Positions 45,441 through 56,182 of a stretch of DNA of 64,000 nt are shown here, one piece after another. A program made the position numbers and the translations under genes. Under the pieces are notes generated by a model, which searched no databases, was not told the origin of the DNA, and saw only the letters and a program-made list of their open reading frames with translations. Source of the stretch: an uncultured virus (IMG/VR IMGVR_UViG_3300032213_002933) (lineage: Duplodnaviria; Heunggongvirae; Uroviricota; Caudoviricetes); IMG/VR virus record IMGVR_UViG_3300032213_002933; one strand, 5' to 3'. Position 1 is the first letter of the stretch. Every line of letters starts with the position of its first letter.

Positions 45441-47632
45441 GATCTTTTAACCTTAGCTATTAATTGGTAAGAATATATACTTGGAGTGAAATTTATTCTA
45501 TTTTTTTTAACTATTTTTATCTTAACTAAAATATTTTTTACTTCTTTTGGTATTGTGGGATAGCTGAGGTATGATCCGCCAGATAGCCTATATTCATTCA
45601 GAACTGATTGATTAAAGAATAAAACTTCTGGTACACCTGAAAAGTCTAATTGTATAGGAGATATTTGAATCCAATTGCTGCCATTGTCCACTGAGATATA
45701 TCCTAATATAGATACATTTTTTAGCATTTCTTCATCAATATTGGAATCAATATCTAGCATTACTGACTCTACGGGAAAATCAAAACTGAATGGTAACGAA
45801 ATTATTTCCAATTGTGAATTAAAGGTTTCTTTATAAACTTCTATATCCCTTAACCCTATACACCAGCGCTTAGCCGGATATCTTTCCTTGGCTGTTTGCA
45901 CTGGTACTCTATAGTTTTTTACCCTTTCCTGTGCAGTAAAGGATTGCTCCACTACGGTTATCATATTGACGGTACTTCCGTCGTCTAACAGCGTCGGGGT
46001 GGCTTGATCTACAAGATAAATATTTATTAAATCGTCAAAATCTTGTTGGGCGGCTTCAATCGTGTCATAGTTTTTATTTTTTATTTCATCTTCGGTAACA
46101 TCTATAGAATCTAGAAATCTTGGAACTCGTACCACTATGAAATTGCCATTTGCATCTCTGTCGGAAGAATTTTCTGAAAACCATCCTTCGAAATATGCTT
46201 TTACTTGCTGGTTAGATGGGTTGGTTATGCTAACTTCTATGACGTAGAATTTTCTTGCAACTGGTTTCTTTTTAATGGAAACATCAACGGACTTAAAAGC
46301 CTGCCCTAATTTTGAATATTCTGTTGGATTTGAGATTGTAGGAAGAAGACTGTACTTATTATATTCTACCTTTTCATATATATCTTTATTTAAGGCGTCG
46401 GGGTTAAAGCGTTCCAAATTTACAAAAGGGTTATCCCTGTTTGAAGAGGTTGGCTTCCAGTATACATGTTGAATTTCTATATTGGAATATTCTGGCTGTT
46501 TAAATGAAACTTGAATTTTAAAAACTCGCTTCTCGGCAAATCTTATTGTTGCCTTGCTATAGAAGTATGACTTAGCCATTTGTAGATTAAGCGGAACCAA
46601 TGAAGATCCTATGTATATCGGAGCATCAAGCGCTTCTTGTGATACCCCATCTTTTCCGTATACTAATACGCTAGTAACTTCTACGTATTTCATTGAGCCA
46701 AAATATGGGGTAATATCTATACTGTTGGCAACAGCGCTATTGGAGGAAACTAATTCTAGATCAAGCACCAGGGGGTCTGCGGTGTTGTGAGTCGACCAAT
46801 CTATTAAATCACTTTCACTAGTATTTGAGCTGCTAAATTCAGATTTAATATACTTAAACTCATTTTCCCTTGCCGGGATAGAAGGTTGGGGTGTCGGTCT
46901 ACTCTTATCGACATTCAATGCTTCGTATTCAAAATATGTTAGAGGATTAGAATCTTTTAAACTGGTAAGATTATTTAAAGTAGAACTATTTTGATATATA
47001 TATTTATATTCACTACTTTCTTCCGAATCTATTGCCTTGGTTACCTGGTGACTATTACCGATAAAACCTCCGGAACTTAGAACCTTTGCTGCATTAGCGT
47101 TCCATTTTTGAGTAGCGGATACCGGCAGGGTCATTACTCCATTTTTAATTAATGGATTTAGTCCAGCTTGTATTTTTGAATAGTCTATCAAGTCATCATT
47201 ATCGAAAGAGTCTCCTACGTAAAAAATGTCATCAGCTGGACTTCTAGAGTACATCTGTAAAATTTTAGATTTTGATGCTATTCTTTCTGAAAATCTTTTT
47301 TCATTTTCTATTTCTGTTGAAAACAAATTAAATATACTGATTGACTTTGCGTTCAAAAGATCGACTTGACTAGCTATAGTGTTGAGATCAGTTGAGCATC
47401 CGTCAAAAAATAGATTAATCTTTGAGGATATTGGTGGCTCACCTTTAATGAATGGATCATACTGAGTTAAGGGTGCACCTATTTGTTCCTGCACTTCAGT
47501 CAAAATGTTTGAATACTCACTAGCTATTTCTTCTTTAGAAAAAATTCCCGTAGAATTAACTATGCTAATCAATCTAGATACTTTGATTAATAATTGCTGA
47601 TACGATAATAGGTTTGCAGATAATTGTGTCAT
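45437..47632 (-). CDS. Virion structural protein (paralog 2)
   Basis: WCIGLRDI, WIQISP, TPSIYS motifs. Confidence 0.65.
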   Translation of the reverse strand: MTQLSANLLSYQQLLIKVSRLISIVNSTGIFSKEEIASEYSNILTEVQEQIGAPLTQYDPFIKGEPPISSKINLFFDGCSTDLNTIASQVDLLNAKSISIFNLFSTEIENEKRFSERIASKSKILQMYSRSPADDIFYVGDSFDNDDLIDYSKIQAGLNPLIKNGVMTLPVSATQKWNANAAKVLSSGGFIGNSHQVTKAIDSEESSEYKYIYQNSSTLNNLTSLKDSNPLTYFEYEALNVDKSRPTPQPSIPARENEFKYIKSEFSSSNTSESDLIDWSTHNTADPLVLDLELVSSNSAVANSIDITPYFGSMKYVEVTSVLVYGKDGVSQEALDAPIYIGSSLVPLNLQMAKSYFYSKATIRFAEKRVFKIQVSFKQPEYSNIEIQHVYWKPTSSNRDNPFVNLERFNPDALNKDIYEKVEYNKYSLLPTISNPTEYSKLGQAFKSVDVSIKKKPVARKFYVIEVSITNPSNQQVKAYFEGWFSENSSDRDANGNFIVVRVPRFLDSIDVTEDEIKNKNYDTIEAAQQDFDDLINIYLVDQATPTLLDDGSTVNMITVVEQSFTAQERVKNYRVPVQTAKERYPAKRWCIGLRDIEVYKETFNSQLEIISLPFSFDFPVESVMLDIDSNIDEEMLKNVSILGYISVDNGSNWIQISPIQLDFSGVPEVLFFNQSVLNEYRLSGGSYLSYPTIPKEVKNILVKIKIVKKNRINFTPSIYSYQLIAKVKRS

Positions 47633-47642
47633 GTAGGTCTCT

Positions 47643-50240
47643 TTATCTTAGATTAGAATTTAATTTTCCATAGTATGGATCATAGTTTATTGTTTTCATT
47701 TTTAATATTAAACTATCTATTGATATTGGATTTGTTGATTCAGTTATGTTTTTTCTTAGAATTATTCTAAATCTTAAGTCATTTGGAATATATTGATACA
47801 TTACCTTAAAGGGAGTATTTATATTTTTGTTAAAAACAATTCCCTGTCCATTGTGAATAAAAATAGTATTATTAGTGTCATAGAAATTACTTTGCTGAGA
47901 AGTGGAAGTATAGTTGGTTATATTGAGAGCATAAGACCCGTCCGATAATTGAATCTTTACGGGAGAATAGCCAGCAAAGTTGCCCGAAAAACTAGTGCCA
48001 TTAACCCTACTATAGGAGGCATTGGTTGTGGCTCCAATATGGGGAGTATACGACAATCTAATGTAGCCATTGGAGTCAGTTTGACTAAATTGTTCACCTG
48101 GTCCATTTTCTGTCCCAAAAGATTTAACTGATTCAAGAAATATATTTTGTCTAATAAAATCAATTTCGTCTGGTGAAGACGAGGAATAGTCTAAGGAGTA
48201 ACTAGCCACATAGGTATCTGCTTGATTGAAGGATTCAACAGACAATGTAATTGTTTTATTATTGTTTGAATAAACATAGCTAGCACTACCTCTTCGCATG
48301 AGCATGCCGTTCCTATAGACATTTATAGAATTACCTATGGCATTAAAGCGAAGAGTTGCTTTTTTAGATGCGGGATCAAAAAATAATATTTCAGATTCTA
48401 TAAAAGAAACACCGTAAGGAACTATGGGAGTCCAATCTGACTCTGAATTGGGGGCAGGTTTATTGGAGATTGACACCTCACAAGATGCCGCAGATCTTAA
48501 GTCTAACGCAGAAGGCACTAGTGCGAGGGAATTATTTACCTGATTAAGCTTTACCTTTAGGGCTGTTATTTGCCCATCTACTGGAATTTTTTTACTAACA
48601 AAAACAGCCTTATTGCTTGCTTGACCTAAGGTTTCGATGAGTTCTATGGATTTTAGCGAAAAAGAATACTCGTAAGATTCTTCAGATTCTGCAATTTGAG
48701 AATTATTAACTGCATTAATATTAGGAAAAGAAATTATTGGATCAGAAAATTGATTACGGTAATCCGCTATTCTGTTTGACGCATTATATTGAGTAAATCC
48801 GGTTTGATTGATTTTACTTGTAACCCTGCTATTCATTCCCATTTCTAAATATTCTTTGTTGTCAAAGATATTTAATTTACCAGAAAATCCATCTAGCATT
48901 GTGTTAACTAGGTTTATAAATATTGGAGTATTGGAAAATACATTTTTATCTTCCATAATTAGAGAATTAAAATCTTTAATTTGTTCGTTTAGAGTTGAGA
49001 TATATGAACTAAACTCAGAAGGAAATCTATAAGTATAGTAATCATTATCTAGGTAGCTATTTTTGGATAGGCCAGCTATTGTATTTTTTCTAACAAAGAA
49101 CCAATAAACTATATCTTGAAATTTACTAAACCTTTTAGCTCTATCATTAATTATCCCCCTAACAAAAGAGTCTAATACTTTTGCATTTAGCTCTGAGGAT
49201 AGGGGAGTCTTATTCGACCTAGTGTAATTTGATTGATTGAAAATGAATATAATTTTTTTTACATTTTTTTGATCAAACCTTAATTCAAAGACTCCATTAA
49301 TTAGTCTAGGCTGATCTAATAGGGTTGTATAATTTTCTGCGGCGTTTATATTATTCGACTGCTGTGGCGAACTATGAAATACCACTACTTGGAGAAGTTG
49401 AAAGTTATTAGATTCATTTGGATTAAATCTAATGGTATCAATATTTACGCTACGCTGTAAATCAATTTCGGCGGATGTGACTGCGCCTTTGAGTAGCGAG
49501 TAATCATACTTAATATATTTTAAAAATTCTGTGATTTGAGAGTCAAGTATAACCGGACTCTTGACAGTTATGGTCCATGAGTCTGATAGATTATCATTAA
49601 ATAAATTAAAAAAATCATTATTAGTAGTTATGTAGTTATCATAATTTGTTTTAATATTAATATTTTTAATATTTCTAATTATATTTTTTGTATCTTGAGA
49701 ATTGCCAATCTTAAAAACTCCAAGAGATCCATCCACAAAGGCATTTCCGTTTTCTCCAAATTTAATATTATCTCTATCAGGAATATTAAATGTAATATTA
49801 TCTGACCTGTAGTTATTAATGAGACTATCAAATTTTTCTATATAGTTAGCATTGAAGAGATCATCTTTGCCAGATATAAATTCGTAATTATCAATAAATA
49901 ATTCTAATTTATCTAAATCATTTTGAACTTTATCTATTTCTGAAGAAAAAATATCTACCATAGACGAGAGGACTAGGCCATTAGCATTTGCTGCAGAGAA
50001 GAGCTGTTGCTCCCTTAGGTACAAATTTCTAAATGAGTCAATTAATATTTCTTTTGAGATTACAGAAAATGTTGGTATCCGTGACGCTGAAAAGTTTTTA
50101 TCAACTACATTATTATTCATCTTATCTACTAGTGATGATAGCTCTACTTTAGAAATTTTCATACTTTTAATTAAAGAAGAAATACTAGTTCTAGTTGAAG
50201 AGGAGTACTGATTTATGGTTTCTGGTAAATAATTTAACAT
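47643..50240 (-). CDS. Virion structural protein (paralog 1)
   Basis: YSFSLKSI, WTPIVP, PISIDS motifs. Confidence 0.65.
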   Translation of the reverse strand: MLNYLPETINQYSSSTRTSISSLIKSMKISKVELSSLVDKMNNNVVDKNFSASRIPTFSVISKEILIDSFRNLYLREQQLFSAANANGLVLSSMVDIFSSEIDKVQNDLDKLELFIDNYEFISGKDDLFNANYIEKFDSLINNYRSDNITFNIPDRDNIKFGENGNAFVDGSLGVFKIGNSQDTKNIIRNIKNINIKTNYDNYITTNNDFFNLFNDNLSDSWTITVKSPVILDSQITEFLKYIKYDYSLLKGAVTSAEIDLQRSVNIDTIRFNPNESNNFQLLQVVVFHSSPQQSNNINAAENYTTLLDQPRLINGVFELRFDQKNVKKIIFIFNQSNYTRSNKTPLSSELNAKVLDSFVRGIINDRAKRFSKFQDIVYWFFVRKNTIAGLSKNSYLDNDYYTYRFPSEFSSYISTLNEQIKDFNSLIMEDKNVFSNTPIFINLVNTMLDGFSGKLNIFDNKEYLEMGMNSRVTSKINQTGFTQYNASNRIADYRNQFSDPIISFPNINAVNNSQIAESEESYEYSFSLKSIELIETLGQASNKAVFVSKKIPVDGQITALKVKLNQVNNSLALVPSALDLRSAASCEVSISNKPAPNSESDWTPIVPYGVSFIESEILFFDPASKKATLRFNAIGNSINVYRNGMLMRRGSASYVYSNNNKTITLSVESFNQADTYVASYSLDYSSSSPDEIDFIRQNIFLESVKSFGTENGPGEQFSQTDSNGYIRLSYTPHIGATTNASYSRVNGTSFSGNFAGYSPVKIQLSDGSYALNITNYTSTSQQSNFYDTNNTIFIHNGQGIVFNKNINTPFKVMYQYIPNDLRFRIILRKNITESTNPISIDSLILKMKTINYDPYYGKLNSNLR

Positions 50241-50241
50241 T

Positions 50242-53016
50242 TTAGTTCCAGTCTTCTCCGCTCATATCCTGGAGGTCAAATACAACTCCAGCTGTAAGGT
50301 TATTTTGAATTATACTATATATTTCTTTTTCATTAATAAAATTATCTTTGACTTCTTCTGGTATTCTGATTATAACATATCCACCCCTACTATAGGCGTC
50401 TCCTTGCGCAGGATATGTATCCCAATAGGAAAGTATTTCATCTATATTTTCAACGATTTCTGAGTTTTGGATAGATGCCTTTACTCCGCCACCTCTTAAC
50501 CTTAAGTCTGACAATTCTGGATTTTCTCTATTGGGATTATTTGTTGCATAGATAATGGCTATCATTAAAGCAAATGGATCATAGTTGATGGAAAGTATGT
50601 CAAAAATTGTTGGATCATAAGTAAAGTTTATACTCTGCGCATAATCATGATCTAATACTTCTGTATATTGAACTGGCTGTGAATTCGCATTGCTATATGT
50701 TTTCTTGTATATGTTTTTTGGAGTTATATATATAAAAAGTGGTTTGTCAAACTCAATAACGTCTGCATTTAATAGGGGGTTTAAGGGAATGGGATTTCCA
50801 TCTACTTGCCTTAATAAAAGATTTTTATTTTCGGTTGTATAAGAGACCTTGATAAGAGAATTGCTTGACGGCACTAATGGACGCTTAAAAGTAATCACGC
50901 CGGTATAGGAGTTTATATCTTTAATTAATCGATATGGTATTTCAGCCCATTCACTATTTGCTGTTTCCTTTGTAAATACTTTAATTTCACTTTTAATTAG
51001 TCCAGCTATGGATGATGCATAACTTGTAGGGTGATTCCAGTTTAATATTGGAGTTCTTTTTACTTTTATATTTTTGCTATCTAATATTATAGGATATTCA
51101 TCTGTGACATCATAGTAGCCATGACCATATATTTTTGACCAAGAAATATTTTGCTGATCCAATGTACTGTATTGCGCCAGTAAGGACTGACCTTTATAGT
51201 CTTTCTTCCAGTCAAACCACTGATTCTTTTCGGAAATATATATTTCTTTTGAAAAAGCGCCGGGCGACACGGGCAGTTCCCATGAGTCAAATTTAGATAG
51301 ATTTGGACTTATTTCATTAACTTTAATTGAGCTTGAAGAATTATATTTTACAGAATATACTGGAACCAGATACTTTAACGGGACTCTACTTGGTATAAAT
51401 GTACTAGAATTATTAAGACCAAAAAACTCATTGTCACCAGGTTTTCCATCAGCATCTAATGCACATATTCCAATAAATATATTTTCAACATTTCTGCTTA
51501 AAGAATTTTCTGACCTTGAATAAAAGTCAACATAATTTAAATAATTTCCTAAGAATTCTTTTTTCTCTATATCATAAAATCCATACTTGATGCCATCGTC
51601 TGGAAATTCACTAGTAATTGAAAAGTATCCATACTGCAGGTCCCTTTCTTGAAGATCTATTGTATTTTGTAATGACATATCCTCGATGGCGGATCTTATT
51701 TGAGCAATAGTTGGAATTCCTATTGGCTTACCTTCTCCATTACAGAAGAGCAAGACTCCATCCCCATAGTTTATGGTATTTTTATCGATTGCAGATAACA
51801 TAGTTCCTGACACTGTTCTCATTCGATTGGCGGACAAATCAATTGAACTTGTTGCCACTATTGAATCACCATAATATGTTGCCGATGTTTCAACCTTAAG
51901 TATGTTGTTATTGTTGGAAACGGAAACTGGGGTGCCTTCCAATATGTCTTGACCTGCAGATGTAACATTCTCCAAAGATATATTAGACAATACGATAGGC
52001 TGATCTGTGTCAATGTTAGAAAATGAATTAACTCTTATGTCATTATTTTCGTAACCAGTTGTATTCAATGTCTTTGCATCGCCGGAAGTAAAAGTAATAG
52101 ATGTATTGACTCCTTCTACTTTTGAGGGATATTCAATTTTAGAAATATAATGATTACCGTTCCTCAATGAAGTCAAAGATTTAAGATTATCTAGACTATT
52201 CAGTGCCACTAACTTTGATGTGCTTGGGGAGATATTTTCAACGGCACCGGATATTGAAACACTAACGGTAATTGGCAGAGGGGAATAAACAGTATCAGTT
52301 CGCGGAACTGTCAAGGGTCCAGGTTGAACTATTCCATCTACGTCTATCCTTGCAATGGAGAAGCCTTCAGCCTCTCCAAAGCCAGGTATCTTACTGCCGA
52401 TAAGAGTAATGCACATATATTTTGCGTCCGATATACTTCTGCCATTCATCGGAATTGTTACAGTACCAGATTGTGCTGATAAATCTAATAATTCAGCCCC
52501 ACCAAATTTTAAAAGATCAGTCTGGTAAGTGGACGACCAATAAATAGTAATTACTTTAAATTGTCTCCATTTAGGATCTGAATCCGCTGTAATAATAATA
52601 TTGTTTATCTTTAATATATCATCTGGTATTTCAAAGAAAATATAATCTAATGCTATAGAGGGACCTACTGTTCCACTAAAACTTAACTTTTTATACGATT
52701 TATTAGAATTAATTGACGAAGTAGTTCCTATATTTTCTACGGCGATAATGTACTTTCTTATATCCTCCGAAGCAAAATCCTTCCAGCCTTGAAATAGTTC
52801 TGGAGTTGATGACTTCATATTCAACCAGAATTTAGCCAAGTACCATTTAGTTTCGCTATCTACTTTGCCATCAATAAATCTTTGATTATTATTTGTTTGA
52901 AAGACCTTAACAGAGGCTTTTGTATTTGGACCATATAGCCCATCTATAGCCTTAGAATAATATCCATTAGCTGCTAATGTATACTGTATATATTTTACGT
53001 ATTCATGTGATGACAT
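50242..53016 (-). CDS. Virion/baseplate protein with N-terminal peptidoglycan-binding domain
   Basis: VKYIQYTL...IDGLYGPNTKASVKVFQ...IDGKVDSET; C-terminal DLRLRGGG. Confidence 0.7.
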   Translation of the reverse strand: MSSHEYVKYIQYTLAANGYYSKAIDGLYGPNTKASVKVFQTNNNQRFIDGKVDSETKWYLAKFWLNMKSSTPELFQGWKDFASEDIRKYIIAVENIGTTSSINSNKSYKKLSFSGTVGPSIALDYIFFEIPDDILKINNIIITADSDPKWRQFKVITIYWSSTYQTDLLKFGGAELLDLSAQSGTVTIPMNGRSISDAKYMCITLIGSKIPGFGEAEGFSIARIDVDGIVQPGPLTVPRTDTVYSPLPITVSVSISGAVENISPSTSKLVALNSLDNLKSLTSLRNGNHYISKIEYPSKVEGVNTSITFTSGDAKTLNTTGYENNDIRVNSFSNIDTDQPIVLSNISLENVTSAGQDILEGTPVSVSNNNNILKVETSATYYGDSIVATSSIDLSANRMRTVSGTMLSAIDKNTINYGDGVLLFCNGEGKPIGIPTIAQIRSAIEDMSLQNTIDLQERDLQYGYFSITSEFPDDGIKYGFYDIEKKEFLGNYLNYVDFYSRSENSLSRNVENIFIGICALDADGKPGDNEFFGLNNSSTFIPSRVPLKYLVPVYSVKYNSSSSIKVNEISPNLSKFDSWELPVSPGAFSKEIYISEKNQWFDWKKDYKGQSLLAQYSTLDQQNISWSKIYGHGYYDVTDEYPIILDSKNIKVKRTPILNWNHPTSYASSIAGLIKSEIKVFTKETANSEWAEIPYRLIKDINSYTGVITFKRPLVPSSNSLIKVSYTTENKNLLLRQVDGNPIPLNPLLNADVIEFDKPLFIYITPKNIYKKTYSNANSQPVQYTEVLDHDYAQSINFTYDPTIFDILSINYDPFALMIAIIYATNNPNRENPELSDLRLRGGGVKASIQNSEIVENIDEILSYWDTYPAQGDAYSRGGYVIIRIPEEVKDNFINEKEIYSIIQNNLTAGVVFDLQDMSGEDWN

Positions 53017-53044
53017 ATCTGTTAACTCTCATGTACTAGTATTT

Positions 53045-56000
53045 TTAGGGGTTGTAACTTATAAATCTTGCCGGGAGGCTACCCAAACCTAGGCCATATA
53101 ATTGCGTTTGAGTTTGATTATATAATGTTTTTACAAGACTACTGGACGTATTGTAGAAGAAAAACTCTATATTATATCTGCCGAATTCGCCTTGATTAGC
53201 TAGCTTATATATTATAAAGTAACTATATGCTGCTAAGCCAGAACCTGTTAATATTGATCCACTCTTCCATCTCGTAAAAGTTATTATGGCAGGATTAGTT
53301 CCCGGCGTTATTGCCCGTGAGGGCAATATGTTTATAGAGTCTGGTTTACTTGTCGTTGAATCGGTAATCGGAACGACAGGTGGAACTATAGTGGTGTCGG
53401 GTGGAAGACTGGCAATATAGGCGGCTATGGCTGCCCAGTCTATTACGTCTTCATCTTCACCATCACCACCACCATCTACTGTCTGCTGCCATATCGCTGT
53501 AATTCCATGTATATCTATATCGCCAGTATATGGAAAAACATTTGTACTTTCTGAAACATTAGTACTGCGTTGCAAATTAAGGTCATCAATTGCAGATTGC
53601 CAATTTTCAGTTCCTACGATATCAGGTCTTTGCGCCTGATTTTCAAGTTCATACCAAGTTATTAAATTTTTACTTTCTCCATTAATTGCTACTGTAGCTG
53701 TTAGCGAGAGATTACAGTCGAATCCATAAGGTAAGTCTATTCCTTCAAATGATGTAAACTTAGAAGATAATTTAAATGGATAAGAATTGAATCCTGAAGA
53801 AAATCCTATTAATGAGTTAAGGTTTCTAGTAGAGGATGTTCCAGTTGGCCTTTCCACTAATAAGTGAGGACCAAGTCCGCTTAATCTTTGTAGGGATGGA
53901 GAATATTTTTTAGTATAGGCAAGCAGGGGGGCATTCGGTGCGTTTGATGCTACAACTTTATGAAGTGAATAAGACGATGGTATATTCTCAGTTGTGTCCG
54001 GATTATCTATTACGTCGGCATCTTTGAATGCTACGTCGGGATTTGTGGCTTCTATATAAAAAGTAATATCCTCAACGCTAAGTTCAGCTAATAAATTACG
54101 TTGAAAGTCTGGCAATTTTTCTGACATTTTTGTTTTTAAATAAGTGAAAATACTAGAAGTATTTGAGGATATATCTGTTGTCAGATTTCTAGCATAGACG
54201 CTCTCAGATGGCGACAAAGATACAATTTCAAATAAAGTTTTTTCAGAATCCTCTAGAGCATCTGAATACATCACCCAAGATGAATCCCAGTCTGTGACAA
54301 AATTAATTAAAGATGAAGCCACAGTTACATCTCTTAGTGATTGAGACTTGCAGTATATCCCATAGGAGACAGCATTAAAAAATAACTTAAATGGCCCTTC
54401 AACGATTGCAGAAAAAACGTTGTTGTCATTTTCAATGCTACCATAGTGAGATGAGTCGTTATTATAATTGATTACTTTCTCTGAGTAAGCTAAGTCGTAT
54501 ACTGAGTTGCAATATGCCAGTAAATTAAATGTTGTAGCAATAACATTACCTTTTGACAAAGTGTCTACATTGGTAGATGCGGGGATAATTGCTCCTATTG
54601 GATATTGCGAAGAAGTTGTGGGTCCGGCTTTAAGAAAAATATTATTATTGGCTAGATTTGAAAAATATTTATAAGTTTTTGGCAGAGTAGTGTCGCCGTT
54701 TATAAGTCTTGATCCGAAAATTCCATAATAGTCTTTTTCAAAAATGTTATCTAGCAGGGACCATCCGCCATTTTTGGTAGAATCTATAAGATAATTGTTA
54801 TCTATCATATCCACTGTATTTGCGGCAACTGGATTTGACATCACTAATTGAGTACCAGCGTTTAATTTTGAAGCGTCTGGGCATAGCGACAGATCTAGTA
54901 TTACTGTTCCAAATTTATTAGCTGTGAAGTAGTTGATCTTTGCTGCTTGATCAGGCGTAATAGCTGCATCGGGTGACCAGACTAAAACATCATACTGACC
55001 CATGTCTGAAATAGATATAGTATCTATATTCATTTTCCAATAGTTAGCTTGATTTTTAGTTATGCCATTTTGTGCTAACGGATTCGTAAATTTTAGACGA
55101 GTAAGATTGAAAGGAGAATTTTCAAGTCTATATATTGCGTATGGATTGGTATTGGCACTACTTGAGTCGGTGCATATAACTGCTGCTTTTACAGTTCTAG
55201 AAAAATTTCCCGAAGATATGTCAGACTCAACGCCATAGTAAACTTGATTAAAATTAAGGTTTCTTTTAATTCTTCCTATTATTCGCCAGTTAAAAACTTC
55301 ATAAGTTCTATAATCTTTAATAGCTTTACTGGGCACTATGACTTGGTAGCCGTTTTCTATCGGTTGATTATTTAGATTAATATTAGTATATTTTTGATCT
55401 ATTTTTTTTATAGAAAAATTCTTTGAGCCATAGTAGTTGGGATCGATTACAAACGACTCTTCAGGCAATTCTTTAAAATACTTAACGGGATTTATTGTTT
55501 CAGCGTACCGCAGTTGAAATCCAAATATATTTCCAAGTTCATCTGATTCGACTTTATTGTACATTAGTTTTAAGTTGATTGGTTCTTGTGGATCTAGAAA
55601 TACTAAAATTCTATAAGGAATTTCGGGGAGGGAAGTGTTATTCTCTGTCCTGAATGGTTCTAATAAAATTTTATATTTTCTTTTATTTGTAATTGGATTA
55701 ATATAATCTTTTCCAAATTCATCCAATACCTTTATGCCCAGACTAATGATTATATCATCGCTAATATAATCATCTAAAGATATTAAAGAAATGGATGACG
55801 GAGCTATCGCAAAGTATCTACTTACATAGAAGTAATGACTAAATGAATCTGGATTTACTTCATTTAAATCTAACATTTCAGAGACTGTTTTCTTGTGCAC
55901 AAAAGAATTACTAATCGTTATATTTTGAGTTGCAATAGAAGATGAGCCATTTAATCTTCTTAAAATGCCCAGCTCATCTGCATACATTATCTCTGATGAG

Positions 56001-56182
56001 GACGTTTCTTTAATTTTATTTTCTATAATTAGTTCTGAAACATCTGTAATAAATACATTTTTTGCTGGACTAATTGATTCTGAAGTAAACCAAGATATAC
56101 CCGCAGCGTGCAATGGAACCTTGGTCCCTATCTTTGTTGCTTTTTCCTTGCCAGAAGTAGTTAAATTGTCAAATATTTCCAT
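53045..56182 (-). CDS. Large virion structural protein
   Basis: 1045-aa ORF, TAATG-coupled to the upstream baseplate gene. Confidence 0.65.
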   Translation of the reverse strand: MEIFDNLTTSGKEKATKIGTKVPLHAAGISWFTSESISPAKNVFITDVSELIIENKIKETSSSEIMYADELGILRRLNGSSSIATQNITISNSFVHKKTVSEMLDLNEVNPDSFSHYFYVSRYFAIAPSSISLISLDDYISDDIIISLGIKVLDEFGKDYINPITNKRKYKILLEPFRTENNTSLPEIPYRILVFLDPQEPINLKLMYNKVESDELGNIFGFQLRYAETINPVKYFKELPEESFVIDPNYYGSKNFSIKKIDQKYTNINLNNQPIENGYQVIVPSKAIKDYRTYEVFNWRIIGRIKRNLNFNQVYYGVESDISSGNFSRTVKAAVICTDSSSANTNPYAIYRLENSPFNLTRLKFTNPLAQNGITKNQANYWKMNIDTISISDMGQYDVLVWSPDAAITPDQAAKINYFTANKFGTVILDLSLCPDASKLNAGTQLVMSNPVAANTVDMIDNNYLIDSTKNGGWSLLDNIFEKDYYGIFGSRLINGDTTLPKTYKYFSNLANNNIFLKAGPTTSSQYPIGAIIPASTNVDTLSKGNVIATTFNLLAYCNSVYDLAYSEKVINYNNDSSHYGSIENDNNVFSAIVEGPFKLFFNAVSYGIYCKSQSLRDVTVASSLINFVTDWDSSWVMYSDALEDSEKTLFEIVSLSPSESVYARNLTTDISSNTSSIFTYLKTKMSEKLPDFQRNLLAELSVEDITFYIEATNPDVAFKDADVIDNPDTTENIPSSYSLHKVVASNAPNAPLLAYTKKYSPSLQRLSGLGPHLLVERPTGTSSTRNLNSLIGFSSGFNSYPFKLSSKFTSFEGIDLPYGFDCNLSLTATVAINGESKNLITWYELENQAQRPDIVGTENWQSAIDDLNLQRSTNVSESTNVFPYTGDIDIHGITAIWQQTVDGGGDGEDEDVIDWAAIAAYIASLPPDTTIVPPVVPITDSTTSKPDSINILPSRAITPGTNPAIITFTRWKSGSILTGSGLAAYSYFIIYKLANQGEFGRYNIEFFFYNTSSSLVKTLYNQTQTQLYGLGLGSLPARFISYNP

